Shown here in pieces: positions 23,754 to 34,700 of a DNA stretch of 64,000 bases. Location of the stretch: assembly GCF_000315625.1 (NCBI RefSeq), contig NW_005434672.1, forward strand, positions 1,023,374 to 1,087,373. Direction: 5' to 3'. This DNA is from Guillardia theta CCMP2712. Its lineage: Eukaryota > Protista > Cryptophyta. How positions within the stretch are numbered: the stretch's first letter is position 1; the number at the start of each line of letters is the position of its first letter. Below the pieces are notes generated by a model. The model was not told the DNA's origin. It did not search any database and saw only the letters and a list, made by a program, of their open reading frames with translations. The translations under genes were made by a program, and so were the position numbers.

Positions 23754-24414
23754 GTTGATTTGTCGATTTGCTTCAAGTGGAAAACTGAGTTCAAATGGGC
23801 ACGCGGAGATGGTTTTGATAGGACTTCTGGGGAGCTGGTTGGCCAGGAGAGACGGCAAGGATCGTTGCTAGCTGGTCGTTGAATGTTCGAGTAGCGGGAG
23901 CAGGAGGGTCGGTAAAGTGGAAGGGACAAACAGGTAGCAGCAGTGATCCCCTGCCCTTCTGAGGAAAAAATGTTCGGATTACTGTCATCATTCGGGTAGG
24001 TGGTACAGTTGGGAATAGAGGGGTGGGGGTGGCCAAAACTTTCGTAACGAAGTAAACAATTATCTTATCTAACTGAAAGATTTAGTCAATAACGTTGCAG
24101 GGAAAATAAAAACAAAGTGTAAAACCTTTTAGCCTGACTGCCTGCTAACATGCACCTCTTCGTAAAAATGGAATTACATCAGTAATAATGACCGCCTGAA
24201 GCCCGACCACCCCCTTCTCGGATAGCAAACTAGGTGGGTCATAATTTGAAATCAATCCTCTAGATACTAACTTTACTCATACTTAAGTAATAAATTTTAG
24301 TTACGCACGGCCAACGTGTGGCGGCAGCCGGCTGCGACCCGGGGCCCGGCCTGGCTGACTCAGTCGGAGGCAGGCACGGTTTTGGATCATTTTGACTAAA
24401 ACTCCGCATGGTGC

Positions 24415-27209
24415 ATGCGGGGGGCCGGGCATGGCGGAAGGAGCGGAAGGACGTTGGGGAGAACATGGTGGCACCCGCAGCTGACGATCTTGTTCTGCTC
24501 GTCACTGTGCTGTAGAACCATCCCCTTGGGTGGCGTTGAGAGGCAACAGAAACAGATCTGTGCTCGAGATAGGGGTGGAATTGTTACGATGGAGCTACAG
24601 AAAGCAGTAGGAGGCAGCGCGAAGGGAGACAAGAGTGCGGAGGCCTTCTACGCTTACTACAAGAAGGTGACTTACACTCCCATGATCTTTATCTATGTCG
24701 CGTGCTGCTTGTCCTGTCGCTCCTCCCTTCGACCTGGCTCTTGCTGAGATACGTCCATTGGCAGCAACTCGGCCTCTCCGAGGATGACACCAAGTTGCTC
24801 TTCGACAAACTCGCGGTGAGAGAGAATCTGTCATGTCCAGATCATCACGTTACTTGCTGTGTATCTTCCCGTCTCGTGTGGTTGACTTCTCTTCTCCTGC
24901 CGCCTGCCTCCTGCAACTTGATCGAAGTAAATCCCCTGCAGGAACCTCTTCCCATTACATTCCGTCTCGTAGGAGCCCTGTCCGAGGGCGACAGCCCAGA
25001 GAATGCTGAGATTTTCCATCATCAGCTCCTCGATATGATAGCAAAGTGCGATGAAGATGGTGAAGAGGAGAAAGGATCGAAGAGCGCCGAGGTAGCAGCG
25101 GCGCTGAAGCGTTTGGAATGGTATCCCAACACAGCTGCATGGCAGCTCAACATAGATAAGAAGGACATGAGAAAGAACATCAAGACTTTGCAAGATTTCT
25201 TGCTGAGAGAGGTTTCGGTGGGAAACATAGTGAGAATGGAAGCTGTTAGCATGATCCCAGCTATTGTGTTGGGGCCCCGGCCAGGAGAGCTTGTGCTGGA
25301 CATGTGCGCTGCTCCTGGAAGCAAGACAGGACAGCTGCTCGAGATGGTGGTTGCAAGTGGGGAGCACGGGGCTCTGAACAGCGTGCTGCAGCACGGAGGA
25401 GCTGTGCTCGCCAACGATCCCGACATCAAGAGGGCAAGGATGATGATTCACAGGGCAAAGAGTTTGAGCAGCCCGTCGCTAGTGGTCACGGCTCTGCCCG
25501 GGCAGAGCTTCCCGAAGCTTTTATCCGACGACAACACTGAGCTCCTCTTCGACCGCGTCTTGTGCGACGTGCCATGCAGTGGGGACGGGACGATTAGGAA
25601 GTCGCCCTATACCCTCAAGCGATGGCACCCGACCCACGGCATTCAGATCCACCTCCTACAGCTGCAGCTGCTGCGAAGGAGCGTGGAGATAACCAAGGTG
25701 GGGGGCCGTATTGTGTACAGCACGTGCAGCTTGAATCCGCTGGAGAACGAGGCTGTGGTGGCGCAAGTGGTGGCGGACAGCAAAGGAGCTCTCAGGGTCC
25801 TCGACTGTCCTCCTCGGCTCTCGGCGCTGAGGAGGAGGAAGGGATTAACCTCGTGGAGTGTGCCGGACATGAACTCGATAGATCTCCTCTACGACAGTTT
25901 CGATTCGATCCCTGAGGCCCGGAACCACAAGGCGAGGGAGAGGGGAGGGTTCAGCAAGCGGGGGCTCCTGCGCTCCATGTTCCCTCCCTCCTCGGAAGAC
26001 GCCGACAAGATCGGACTGGAAAGATGCATGAGGTTCTACCCGCAAGACGCAGACACTGGCGGATTCTTCGTGACCCTCCTGGAGAAGACGGGAGATGTGG
26101 ACTTCTCAGGAGCTGTCGAGGCTCGAGAGGAAGGGAGCCTGAGGGAGGAGGAGGAGGAGGAGACGCAAGAGAGGAAGAGGAGGAAAGAGGACGCTCTGCC
26201 CAAGGACTACGTCGACAAGTGCACAAAGCAGGCTAAGGTAGAGAAACGAGTCAACCGCATCGAGCCCTACATCCCCTTGCTGGACGTCCAAGGAGGAGGC
26301 GCAATATGGGCCTCCATTGCCGACTTCTTCGGGATCTCTGAAACTTTCCCAGCTCGCCAGCTCCTCGCCAACTCCGTCCGTGTGCGCACTATCACCTTCG
26401 TGACGGCTCCTTCCCGTCGGGCCCTCAACGCCACCATCCCTGCTGGAGGCCCTCAGCCGGAGGAGGAGGAGGCAGAAGAAGGCAAGGCCGAGCACAGGCT
26501 CAACGTCGTCACAGCAGGGACGCGGATGCTCGAGGAGAGCCCCAACGAGGACACGCCATGCAGATACCGGCTGTGCATGGACGGCCTCGTGTTCATCCTG
26601 CCCTTCATCACCAAGTGATTTCCAAACTTTTCCCCTCTCCTTCCGCTCCTCTTCTCCTTTCCCTGCCTTCCCTTCAAACCCATTCTTGTCTCTGCCTTCC
26701 TTTCCCTCCCTTTCCTGTCTTCCTTTGTCTCCACACCCGCTCTCCTCGCTCTCCTGGCAGTGACACAGGGTACTTTGCTACAGGAGGATCGTGGACTTAG
26801 AGCTCGAGCCCTTCATGAAGCTCCTGCAGGATCGTCAGCTCAGCATGGCCGAGTGTCCGAAGCCCTTTGAGGTTTTCAGCTCTCCCCCTCCCCCTCCTCT
26901 TCCCCCTTCCCCTTCACAACTGCCACCACCACCACATCCTCCACCACCTCCTCCTTCTCCCCCTGCTCTTCTCCGCCCCTCCCCGCTTCTGAAACTTGTC
27001 AGGACATGGCCAACGGCAGCGCCATCGCCATCCTCCGCCTCAAGGGCATGGAGTTCCCCGTCCTAGTATGGCGGGGCAGGTCGTCGATCCGCCTCTTCGT
27101 TGCCAGGTTCGGCTGGAGTCTTGCTGGGCTCGGGTTGACCTGACTTGCTAACAGTGAAGAGTCGGAAAGCCTCTTGTCCAAGATCAAGGTCCTTGCCAAG
27201 TCTCAGTGA
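24415..27209 (+). CDS. NOL1/NOP2/Sun-family RNA m5C methyltransferase, NSUN2/Trm4-like; multi-exon
   Basis: AFYAYYKKQ, EPLPITFR, VLDMCAAPGSKT, FDRVLCDVPCSGDGTIRK, GGRIVYSTCSLNPLENEAVV and RCMRFYPQDADTGGFFV. Both catalytic Cys (PC, TC) are present. The start is approximate. Confidence 0.9.
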
Positions 27210-27376
27210 GCAGGGAGATGTTTTGTGTTTTTAATCTTCACAGACAGTTTGCATAGTTGATACACGCTCTAGATCGATCTCCTGCTCTCGATCCTCCTCC
27301 TTCTCCTCCTCATCTTCGGCCTCCTCCTTCTCTTCCCTTCATCATCCTCCCTTCCCTTCATTCTCCGTCCCCCTTC

Positions 27377-30300
27377 TCACTCCAGCGAGCTGATAGTCTT
27401 GTCCAGCTCCTCCCACTCCCCGATGATCCTCCGCGCCTGGTCGAGCTTCGGCTCCTTGGTCATCGGGTTGTTGCAGAGGTCGATGGTCTTGGCCTTCACC
27501 TTGGTCGAGTTCGAGCACCAGGTCTCACACCACAGCCACTCCTGCGGCAGCGAGAAGATCGGCACCGAGTGCTGCGCGTAGTTGGGCAGGTCCTGGTCCA
27601 GGTTAGCCAGGCTGTTGGGGTCCCGGGAGAGCTGGGAGTAGACAACCCTGAGCTCGTCCCCAGCTCCGATGGCTCTGAACCGGTTCAGGTCGACCACGTA
27701 GAGGGCGCTGATGTGGTACTTCATGTCTCCGAGGTGGGTCTGCCAGAAGCCTTGCTTCCAGAAGCGATAGCCTTCGATCTCCCTCTTATCGTCACAGAAG
27801 GGCGTGTAGGCGTACGGCCTCCCGCGCAGATTCATGTCCCAGAGCTGTTTGAGGTCCGACCTGACGACCTGATCAGAGTCGATGTAGATGATCTTGGGGA
27901 CCGAGAGGGGAAAGAGCACGTCGAGCATAAGGATCTTATATCCCCAGATGATGCGCTGCTTCTCCGTCTGCTCGTGCAGCCACGACGGCCACTTATAAGT
28001 CACGAGCTCGTAGTCGAACCCGAAGTTCTTGGCCATGCGGGGGATGAAGGCCTTGAACTGCGGGGACAGGAAGTTCTGCAGCAGCCAGAACTTGACGTGG
28101 GACTTTGTGTTGCGAACCACCGACAGCATCATGATCTTGAGGAAACGCTCGTACAGGTGCCCTGACGCCAGGGAAAAGACATGTATCGTGTCCTCCCCCG
28201 ACTTGTCTGTCACGGCCTGCTCGGCCGTGGCCGAGTCACCTGAAAACCAGTTGCTGAGGGAGGACCACACAGATCCATCCCCGTCTCGTCCTCCCTTGGC
28301 GTCTTGCAGGCTCTTGCTCTCCTGCCCCTTGCGCTTCCTAACGCTCGTCGGAAACGCGTCAGGTTCCCAAGAGAGGACGGAGATCACGCGGGAGGAGCCG
28401 AAGTTTCCCTTGTCTTCTATCTCGTAGATCTCCGATGACTTGCCCTCCGCCATCGTCAGGTTAAAAATTCCCGGCCTGGCCTTGAGCTGGTAGTACCCGA
28501 GGTTGCTCATGACAAGCGTGTCTGACACCAGCTTCGACTTGCCCTTGGCCGCGTGCTCGTCAAGAAGGTTCAAGTTCAGCTGGAGGCCAGCTGGAGGCTC
28601 TCGCCTGTCATCGATACAGTGCCCCGTGACGAGGATGTGGTCGAGGCGGTAGACGGCCGAGAGGACAGTCTCGTGTGCCGACAGCTTCTCGAGCAGGATG
28701 TTGTCGATGTCGTGGACGGCCTGAGAGGCAGAGACGAACCAGGCGTCGGGGGGGTGGATGATCATCGAGAGCAACTTTGACATTGGGAGGTTGGAGAAGG
28801 TCGCGCGGGTGTTGGACACCAGCTTGCCTTCCTCGTCAAACTCCAGCTGAGGCTTCAGCACGTAGCGGTAGTAGCCCTTGATCGGGAGCGAGCCAACCTC
28901 AGCCACGGGGTTGAGGATGACGTGGATGTGGGCCCCGAAGGCATCTGCCAGCGCCATGAGCATGGGCGACAGACGTTGAGCCTCCGCACAGAGCGGGTCG
29001 ATGAAGGCCAGGACTTGGAGGATCGAGTCCTCAGGGCCAACCTTGAACCCTGTCATCCTGCTAGTCCACTGCCTGTTGGCCTCCTGGTCCGTCCGCTGGA
29101 TGTTATCGTTCCTCTCGATGCCGATCATGTTGGACCCCAGCAGGGCGATAGAGCTGATGTACTCGCTCGTCACCTTGTCCGAGGAGATGGAGAAGGAGGC
29201 GACGTCGAGGACGGAGCTGACGTGCTTCGACCTGTCGTTCCACTCCGTGTCCTCCGCCAGCACAAAGTCTCCCATCCGGAAGGCAACGTCCGCCGTCACC
29301 TTAAAGACTCTCCCGGATGTCGACACGGCGCTCTCCCCCGCGGTCAGCTGGAACCAGTCGGAGATCATCCTCTTCATGTCCGCCTTGCTCAACCCGCCCT
29401 CCTTGCTCTTCTCCGCAGCCTCCATCAACGTCTTGACCTCCTCATGAGCCTGAGCGGTCGACCATGCAGACTCGTCCAGCAATTTCACGATCGTCCTGCA
29501 CAGCTCCAGGAACTTGTTCCCCTTATCCTTGTCGTTCTTCATGGACCTGATGGCCTCAACCAGCACTGAGAAGGCTCCTTCGGCTTCCGGTGACCCCTCA
29601 GAGTTGTCCAGGTACGCCAGCCGAACGCGTTTGCACCTGTCGGAGGACGTTTGTGACATCCTCTTGGCAGAGGCGACCAGCAGGTCGCGTCCGATCTTGG
29701 ACGAGAGGTCAAGGGCGACGATGTGGGTGACTCCCCTCATCGACCCGTCGTCCTTGCCGCACAGGAAGAAGGGGATGCGATCAAGATCCTCCATCGTCTT
29801 CGTCGAGACTTCCGCCTTGAGCATCTGCCTCGAGGTCGCAGGCCCCGAGACGATCTGAGCATGAAACCTCCTGTGCGCCTTCCCATTGTGGTTGATGATC
29901 TGGTTGTGAAGATCGCGCCTTTCATCCAGCTGACCGAAGTACGCCATCCTCTGCAGCACCATCATCTGCATCTGCAGCATGTAGTGGAACTGGTTCGGGT
30001 CCAGCGCTTGCCCGGCGAGGACGTTTCCATTGAGGACGCAGACGGGCTCGGTCAAGCTCAACCCACTCCTCTCGACGAACTCCGTGCTCTTCTTGAGAAA
30101 CGCGTCATGAGTGGAGTTGAGGAGGGAAGGCTTGTACTTGGCCCTCATCAGTTTCCCGTCTGCATCTCGGTACTGGGCTCGAAACATCTTGGCGGCCCGC
30201 TTGAACGAGTCCTTTCTCACCTCGCTCTTCGATGCCTTCCCGGCTGTCTGCATTCCTTCGGCGTAAATCGCCAGGAACGACCAGGCAGCCCGACCTCCAT

Positions 30301-32739
30301 GTCCGAGGTGAAGGGCTCTGAACAGTCGGTGCAAGATCACCGCGTCCCCCAGCTCCTCTGCTTCATCCTCGCTCTCGGCGTTGCGCGGCGATGCCTCCCA
30401 TTGCTCGTCGAGGGACTTACTGTACTTGAAAGCGACACCGAAGCGGACGGGAAGCTGCTGCTCCATCTGCAGGACAAGTCACAACAAGACGCAGCCAAAC
30501 AGAGCAACAGGGAGAAGAGTACAAGACAAAGGAAGCAAGTGAGACAGACACAAACACGCGAGCAGACGATAAGGGACCGAAGGAGAAGGAGGACCAGGAA
30601 GAGGACGTGAGGCCCAATTAAGAGAACGAGAAGGAAGACGAGGAAGAGGAAACGGAAAAGGAGGAGGAGGAGGAGGAGGAGGAGGAGGAGGAGGAGGAGG
30701 AGGAGGAGGAGGAGGAGGAGGAGGAGGTTGTGGAGGGGGGGGGGGGGGGGCGAACCTGTTCGAAAGCCCAGGAAAGGAAGGTGAGGGACTGCATGTCCGA
30801 CGGGTCTACAAGGAAAATTGCCGTCCAGATGTTCCTGGCGATGAATCGCAGCTGCCCGGGCCAACCTCGCTGGAGGAGAGTGTCAAGAGAACGAGGCCAC
30901 TGCCTGTACATGTCGTCCTTCTCGAGATCTGAAAATCATCGTTGAATGTCAGCCAACGATCAGGATGACAGGAAGAGCAAGGTCAACACAGACTTTACAG
31001 GTCAAAGTCATGTAGAGCATTGTCCACACCATACCCTCAAGTCACAGGTGCAACACAGGAGACAGGCATCAGCATGCACGACCGTTCATCCACATGACGA
31101 AGTTGTCGTTCTTCACGTCAATCTTGAAGGTGCTTCCTCCTCCCTCCATCTGTTCAGCAGGAGCATACAGAATCTTCTTGGTTGAGCGGGAGTCCATTCC
31201 GAGCTGCATGAACTTTTCGATCACGTTGATCTCATGCCTGTTCACCAACAGCCGGTCATTACAAACTCGAAGACCTCCAGGCACAACGAGTCTCTACGGA
31301 CCTGATGAATCGATAAAGGGAAAAAGGATTCATATCGTCTTTCTGCAGCTGTCGGCCATTCACATGCACCTGTAAAATTTCTCAAGTAAGATTGTGCAAG
31401 CACGAAACTGAACAAAGAATGTACTTTTCTTACCATGTTTGCTCCTGGTTGTATGAAGTTTCTGTTGTTTTCCAACTCCGCCCTCACGGATGCGTTCACG
31501 CGCATTCTTGAGATGGAGGAAACCTGAAAAGGTGAAGCTCATCACTCCTTGAACATCATCATCAACGGGTGATGAAAACGTCTATACCACTGCAGGCAGA
31601 TTGTGACTCAGATCGCGTATCAGCCGCAGAGGCTCATCGGCCTAGACTGACGTCAGATGCCAGTCAACGAAATCTTACGACATCGAACCTGGAGGATTCT
31701 CTGCGAAGCTTGAATTCCCAAGTCTTTCAGAGCCCAGACCTTCATCGCAAGTCATGACAGATCGCCCGGAAAGAAGCGAGACAAGCACCTTGATGTCTGT
31801 GCCTTCGTCACTCTTCGCCTCTGACAGGAGGCGATCGCGAAAGGAGAGGAGCTCAACTTCGAGATTCGGTTTCCTCTGCAGCAGAGTCTTGAAATCGAAT
31901 CCTCCGACTTCATCCTCCAAGTCGTCCTCCAAGCTCGACCCCGCCTCCCCTTCCTTGTGCCGGTCATCCACAGCTTTATACTCCATGTTCTTGATCGCCA
32001 ACTCGACGCCGTAACCCTGCAGCAGCATGTCTTGATGCGCCTTCTCCTCCTCCTCCCTCGCCCCCGGCCAGCTGTGGCGAAAAACGTACTTGACATCGCC
32101 AGCAGCAGCAGCCTGAGACAAATACTTGTGGAAGTTGACAAACGCCTGAGTGCCGATGGTAGCGTACAAGAAAGCAGTGGAGCAATGAGAGGGGCTGGAG
32201 GGGGATGGGTAGATATGATCGAACTCTTGAATGGAAGGAGCTGAAACTCCAGCTTTGGCTGGGTGACAGGACTCGATCGCGTCTCTCAAGAGGCTCGGAT
32301 CGCTGACGCACTTCCCCCCGATAAGAACCACCGCGCCATCCTTGTCCTTGATCGAGCATCCGAAATTCAACGCTGCTTGCCACAGCTGCTTGTATGCTTG
32401 CAGCTTCGGGGAAAAATTCCTGATGGAAAGAGCAAACTTGATGAGACTAAGTTGAACATTAGAGACGATCTTGGAGGCCAGTTCGATCGAAGTGTCGTAG
32501 TGCTGCTTGTCCGTCTTCTCATAGATATCGTTGGGTAAGGACTCAACAAACTCCCAAAACTTCCCTTCATCCGCTTTATCCGCAAAGTATTCACTGGCCT
32601 CAATGATCAACGGAGTCGGCGCCCATGGTGCCACAACCGACACATCGACAAATTTGCTCTTGGAAGGAGAAGAGCACACGCTTTGAACAAGCAGGATGAG
32701 GCAAAGGACTATCGGAATCTTCAGTGCATTCTTGGGCAT
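27377..32739 (-). CDS. UGGT: UDP-glucose:glycoprotein glucosyltransferase; multi-exon
   Basis: Signal peptide MPKNALKIPIVLCLILLVQSVCS, LQGYGVELAIKNMEYKAVDD, and the GT24 domain IHVFSLASGHLYERFLKIMM...YIDSDQVVR...NLDQDLPN...QEWLWCETWC. Confidence 0.95.
30660..30750. repeat. (GGA)n plus poly-G tract in a UGGT intron
   Basis: Seen directly. Confidence 0.9.
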
Positions 32740-33540
32740 GGTCTCGCTCCTTGATTGAACCATGCGAGCTGATCTGAGAAGCAACCACTATGCCATCGAC
32801 TCAGGTATTGCTGGGCAAAACATCAGTCGTGGTCAAGGCAACACAAAAGAGCTCGTCAGATATGATAATGCATCTCCCTGACTACTTGCTTCTTCCTTCA
32901 TGCCGATGACACGCTCAAAAAATCATCTCTTAATCGTCTCCCACAACCCTCTTGTCTGTCCTCTGTCTATCCCATTCCCACCACTGCATGTATCGATCCT
33001 ATCATTCATCTCTCAGGGTAAGCTGTCTTCCTTCCCTCCGCCTGACACCACTCCTGGCCAAGCTTCTTCTCTCCCTCCTCATGTGCATGTTACACTCGCC
33101 TGATAGTCCCCTCATATCTGCCTCCCTTCCATCCCTCGCTCCATTCGAAGTCCTTATCCTCTGCTTCCCTGCCATCGTTGTGTCCCTCACTCTCCCTCTC
33201 CTCCTCCCCCCTCCATCTTCTTCACATCCGCTCCTCCTCTTCTCTCCTCCTCTTCTCTCCTCCTCCTCTCTCCTCTCCTCCTCTCTCCTCCTCTTCTCTC
33301 CTCCTCTTCTCTCCTCCTCTTCTCTCTTCTCTTCTCTTCTCTTCTCCTCCTTCTATCCCCTGCCTCAAATCCTCCCATCTCGCCATATCCGCTGCTGACG
33401 AATTCCAGAAGCCATCACGTGAGCCCTCATCCCCTCCTTGCCCTTTCCACCTCGCCAGCTGTACCTGAGGCGGGCTTGTTCTTCATATGAATTTTACAGG
33501 GTTGGCCCGCCGACTCGTGGGAGGCCGTGGGGGGCGGGTA

Positions 33541-34337
33541 ATGGCGATGCGAGGCAACGATGGGCGCGGATCAGGAACATCCGCAAGGCCCCTCCTCCTC
33601 CTCCTCCTCCTCCTCCTCCTCCTCGCTATCAAGATCGATCATACGATCGCTCTTGTATCCTCCTCAAGCATGCCTGCCAAGAGGAGCTCACTGCTGCCTC
33701 GGGAATGTAGCGCTCTCAGACTGACCGGCGGGCGACCCAAGGATGAGGACAGTGATGAGGAAGAGAGCAGAGAGAAGTCGACGTCATCTGCAAGGTCCGA
33801 AACGGCAGAGTCGCTCAGAGAGTCAGCTAGAAGAAGAGCAGAGCGGGCCAAGAAGGCTGGTGATCCGGGAAGGACCAGTATTTCGAGGACATTGAATCGG
33901 GTTTTCTTCTCTATGACCAACAAGTTGGGTCTGACGGGATCATCCACGACTGTGATAAGTAATATCAATTGCTTCTTTTCATCACATCTTGCATGGAACT
34001 CGTGACATGATCACCCAGCCTCGCTCAATCTGCGTACTGACCGCTTACACAGATGGAAGAGTGGTGGTGCGACGTAACATTATTCAGAAGTTCTTTCACT
34101 TCATCTACTTGTTCTTTCGCGCCTTGTACATGTTCTTCAAGACGCTCTTCATGGTACCGTGTCTATCTGTTGCGTGCTCGCCTGGTACTCACTGCATCGC
34201 CGCAGCCCACTGCAAGTTGGAATCCTCAGAAACCTTCTTCGGGAGGAGGGCGCGGCTCCTTCAGCTCGTTACGCGCCAAGGGGGCCAACCAGATGCGATT
34301 AGCCGATCTGCCGCCGATGCCTGGCGGCTGAGGTTAA
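33541..34337 (+). CDS. SELENOK: Selenoprotein K with Sec encoded by in-frame TGA (34329-34331) and a long N-terminal extension; exons 33541-33958, 34053-34153, 34206-34337
   Basis: The spliced product ...TTVINGRVVVRRNIIQKFFHFIYLFFRALYMFFKTLFM|PTASW...GGGRG...LPPMPGG-U-G-TAA parallels SelK (ISNGQVL...FVVLFFKTLL...PPPMAGG-U-GR). A SECIS-like hairpin lies downstream. Confidence 0.88.
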
Positions 34338-34504
34338 GCCCACAGAGATCGAGAGGTGAGAGATATGCCGGAGTGACGTCAGTCTGAATCTTGACGGCAG
34401 GATGGCGCTAGCGGAAGGTGTTCCGCTGACCCTCCTCCTTCTCTGTGGGCGAAAAACTCGGCTCGTTGCAGAAACGATCCCGCAACGACGACATCGTCTT
34501 GTAG

Positions 34505-34562
34505 TCGCCCGCTGACGCGAGCGGAGGCAACCCATGAAGGATCTCCGCTGCTGAGGGTGCGA
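34505..34562 (+). promoter_or_regulatory. Eukaryotic SECIS element (type II-like) in the SelK 3' UTR
   Basis: Lower stem tcgccc/gggtgcga; core cTGAc...tGAg; upper helix gcgagcggagg/tctccgctgc; AA 12 nt after the core; apical cc...gg mini-stem. Folded by hand. Confidence 0.75.
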
Positions 34563-34700
34563 GGAAAGTCCTGCAGCATCAACTTTGTATGTTTGTCGAT
34601 ACTTTCGTATGTAAAGCAAGTACAGACACACACGTTCAAGATGAAAACTATCTTTAATCAACATATCGTTACGAGGGAAAAACACAGGAGCTAGTATAGT

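Noticed and set aside
34372-34412. Alternative SECIS candidate gTGAcgtcagtctgAAtcttgacggcaggatggcg
   Set aside because: It has a GUGA start, AA and a plausible helix but lacks the 3' NGAN half of the GA quartet. The 34505-34562 hairpin fits much better.
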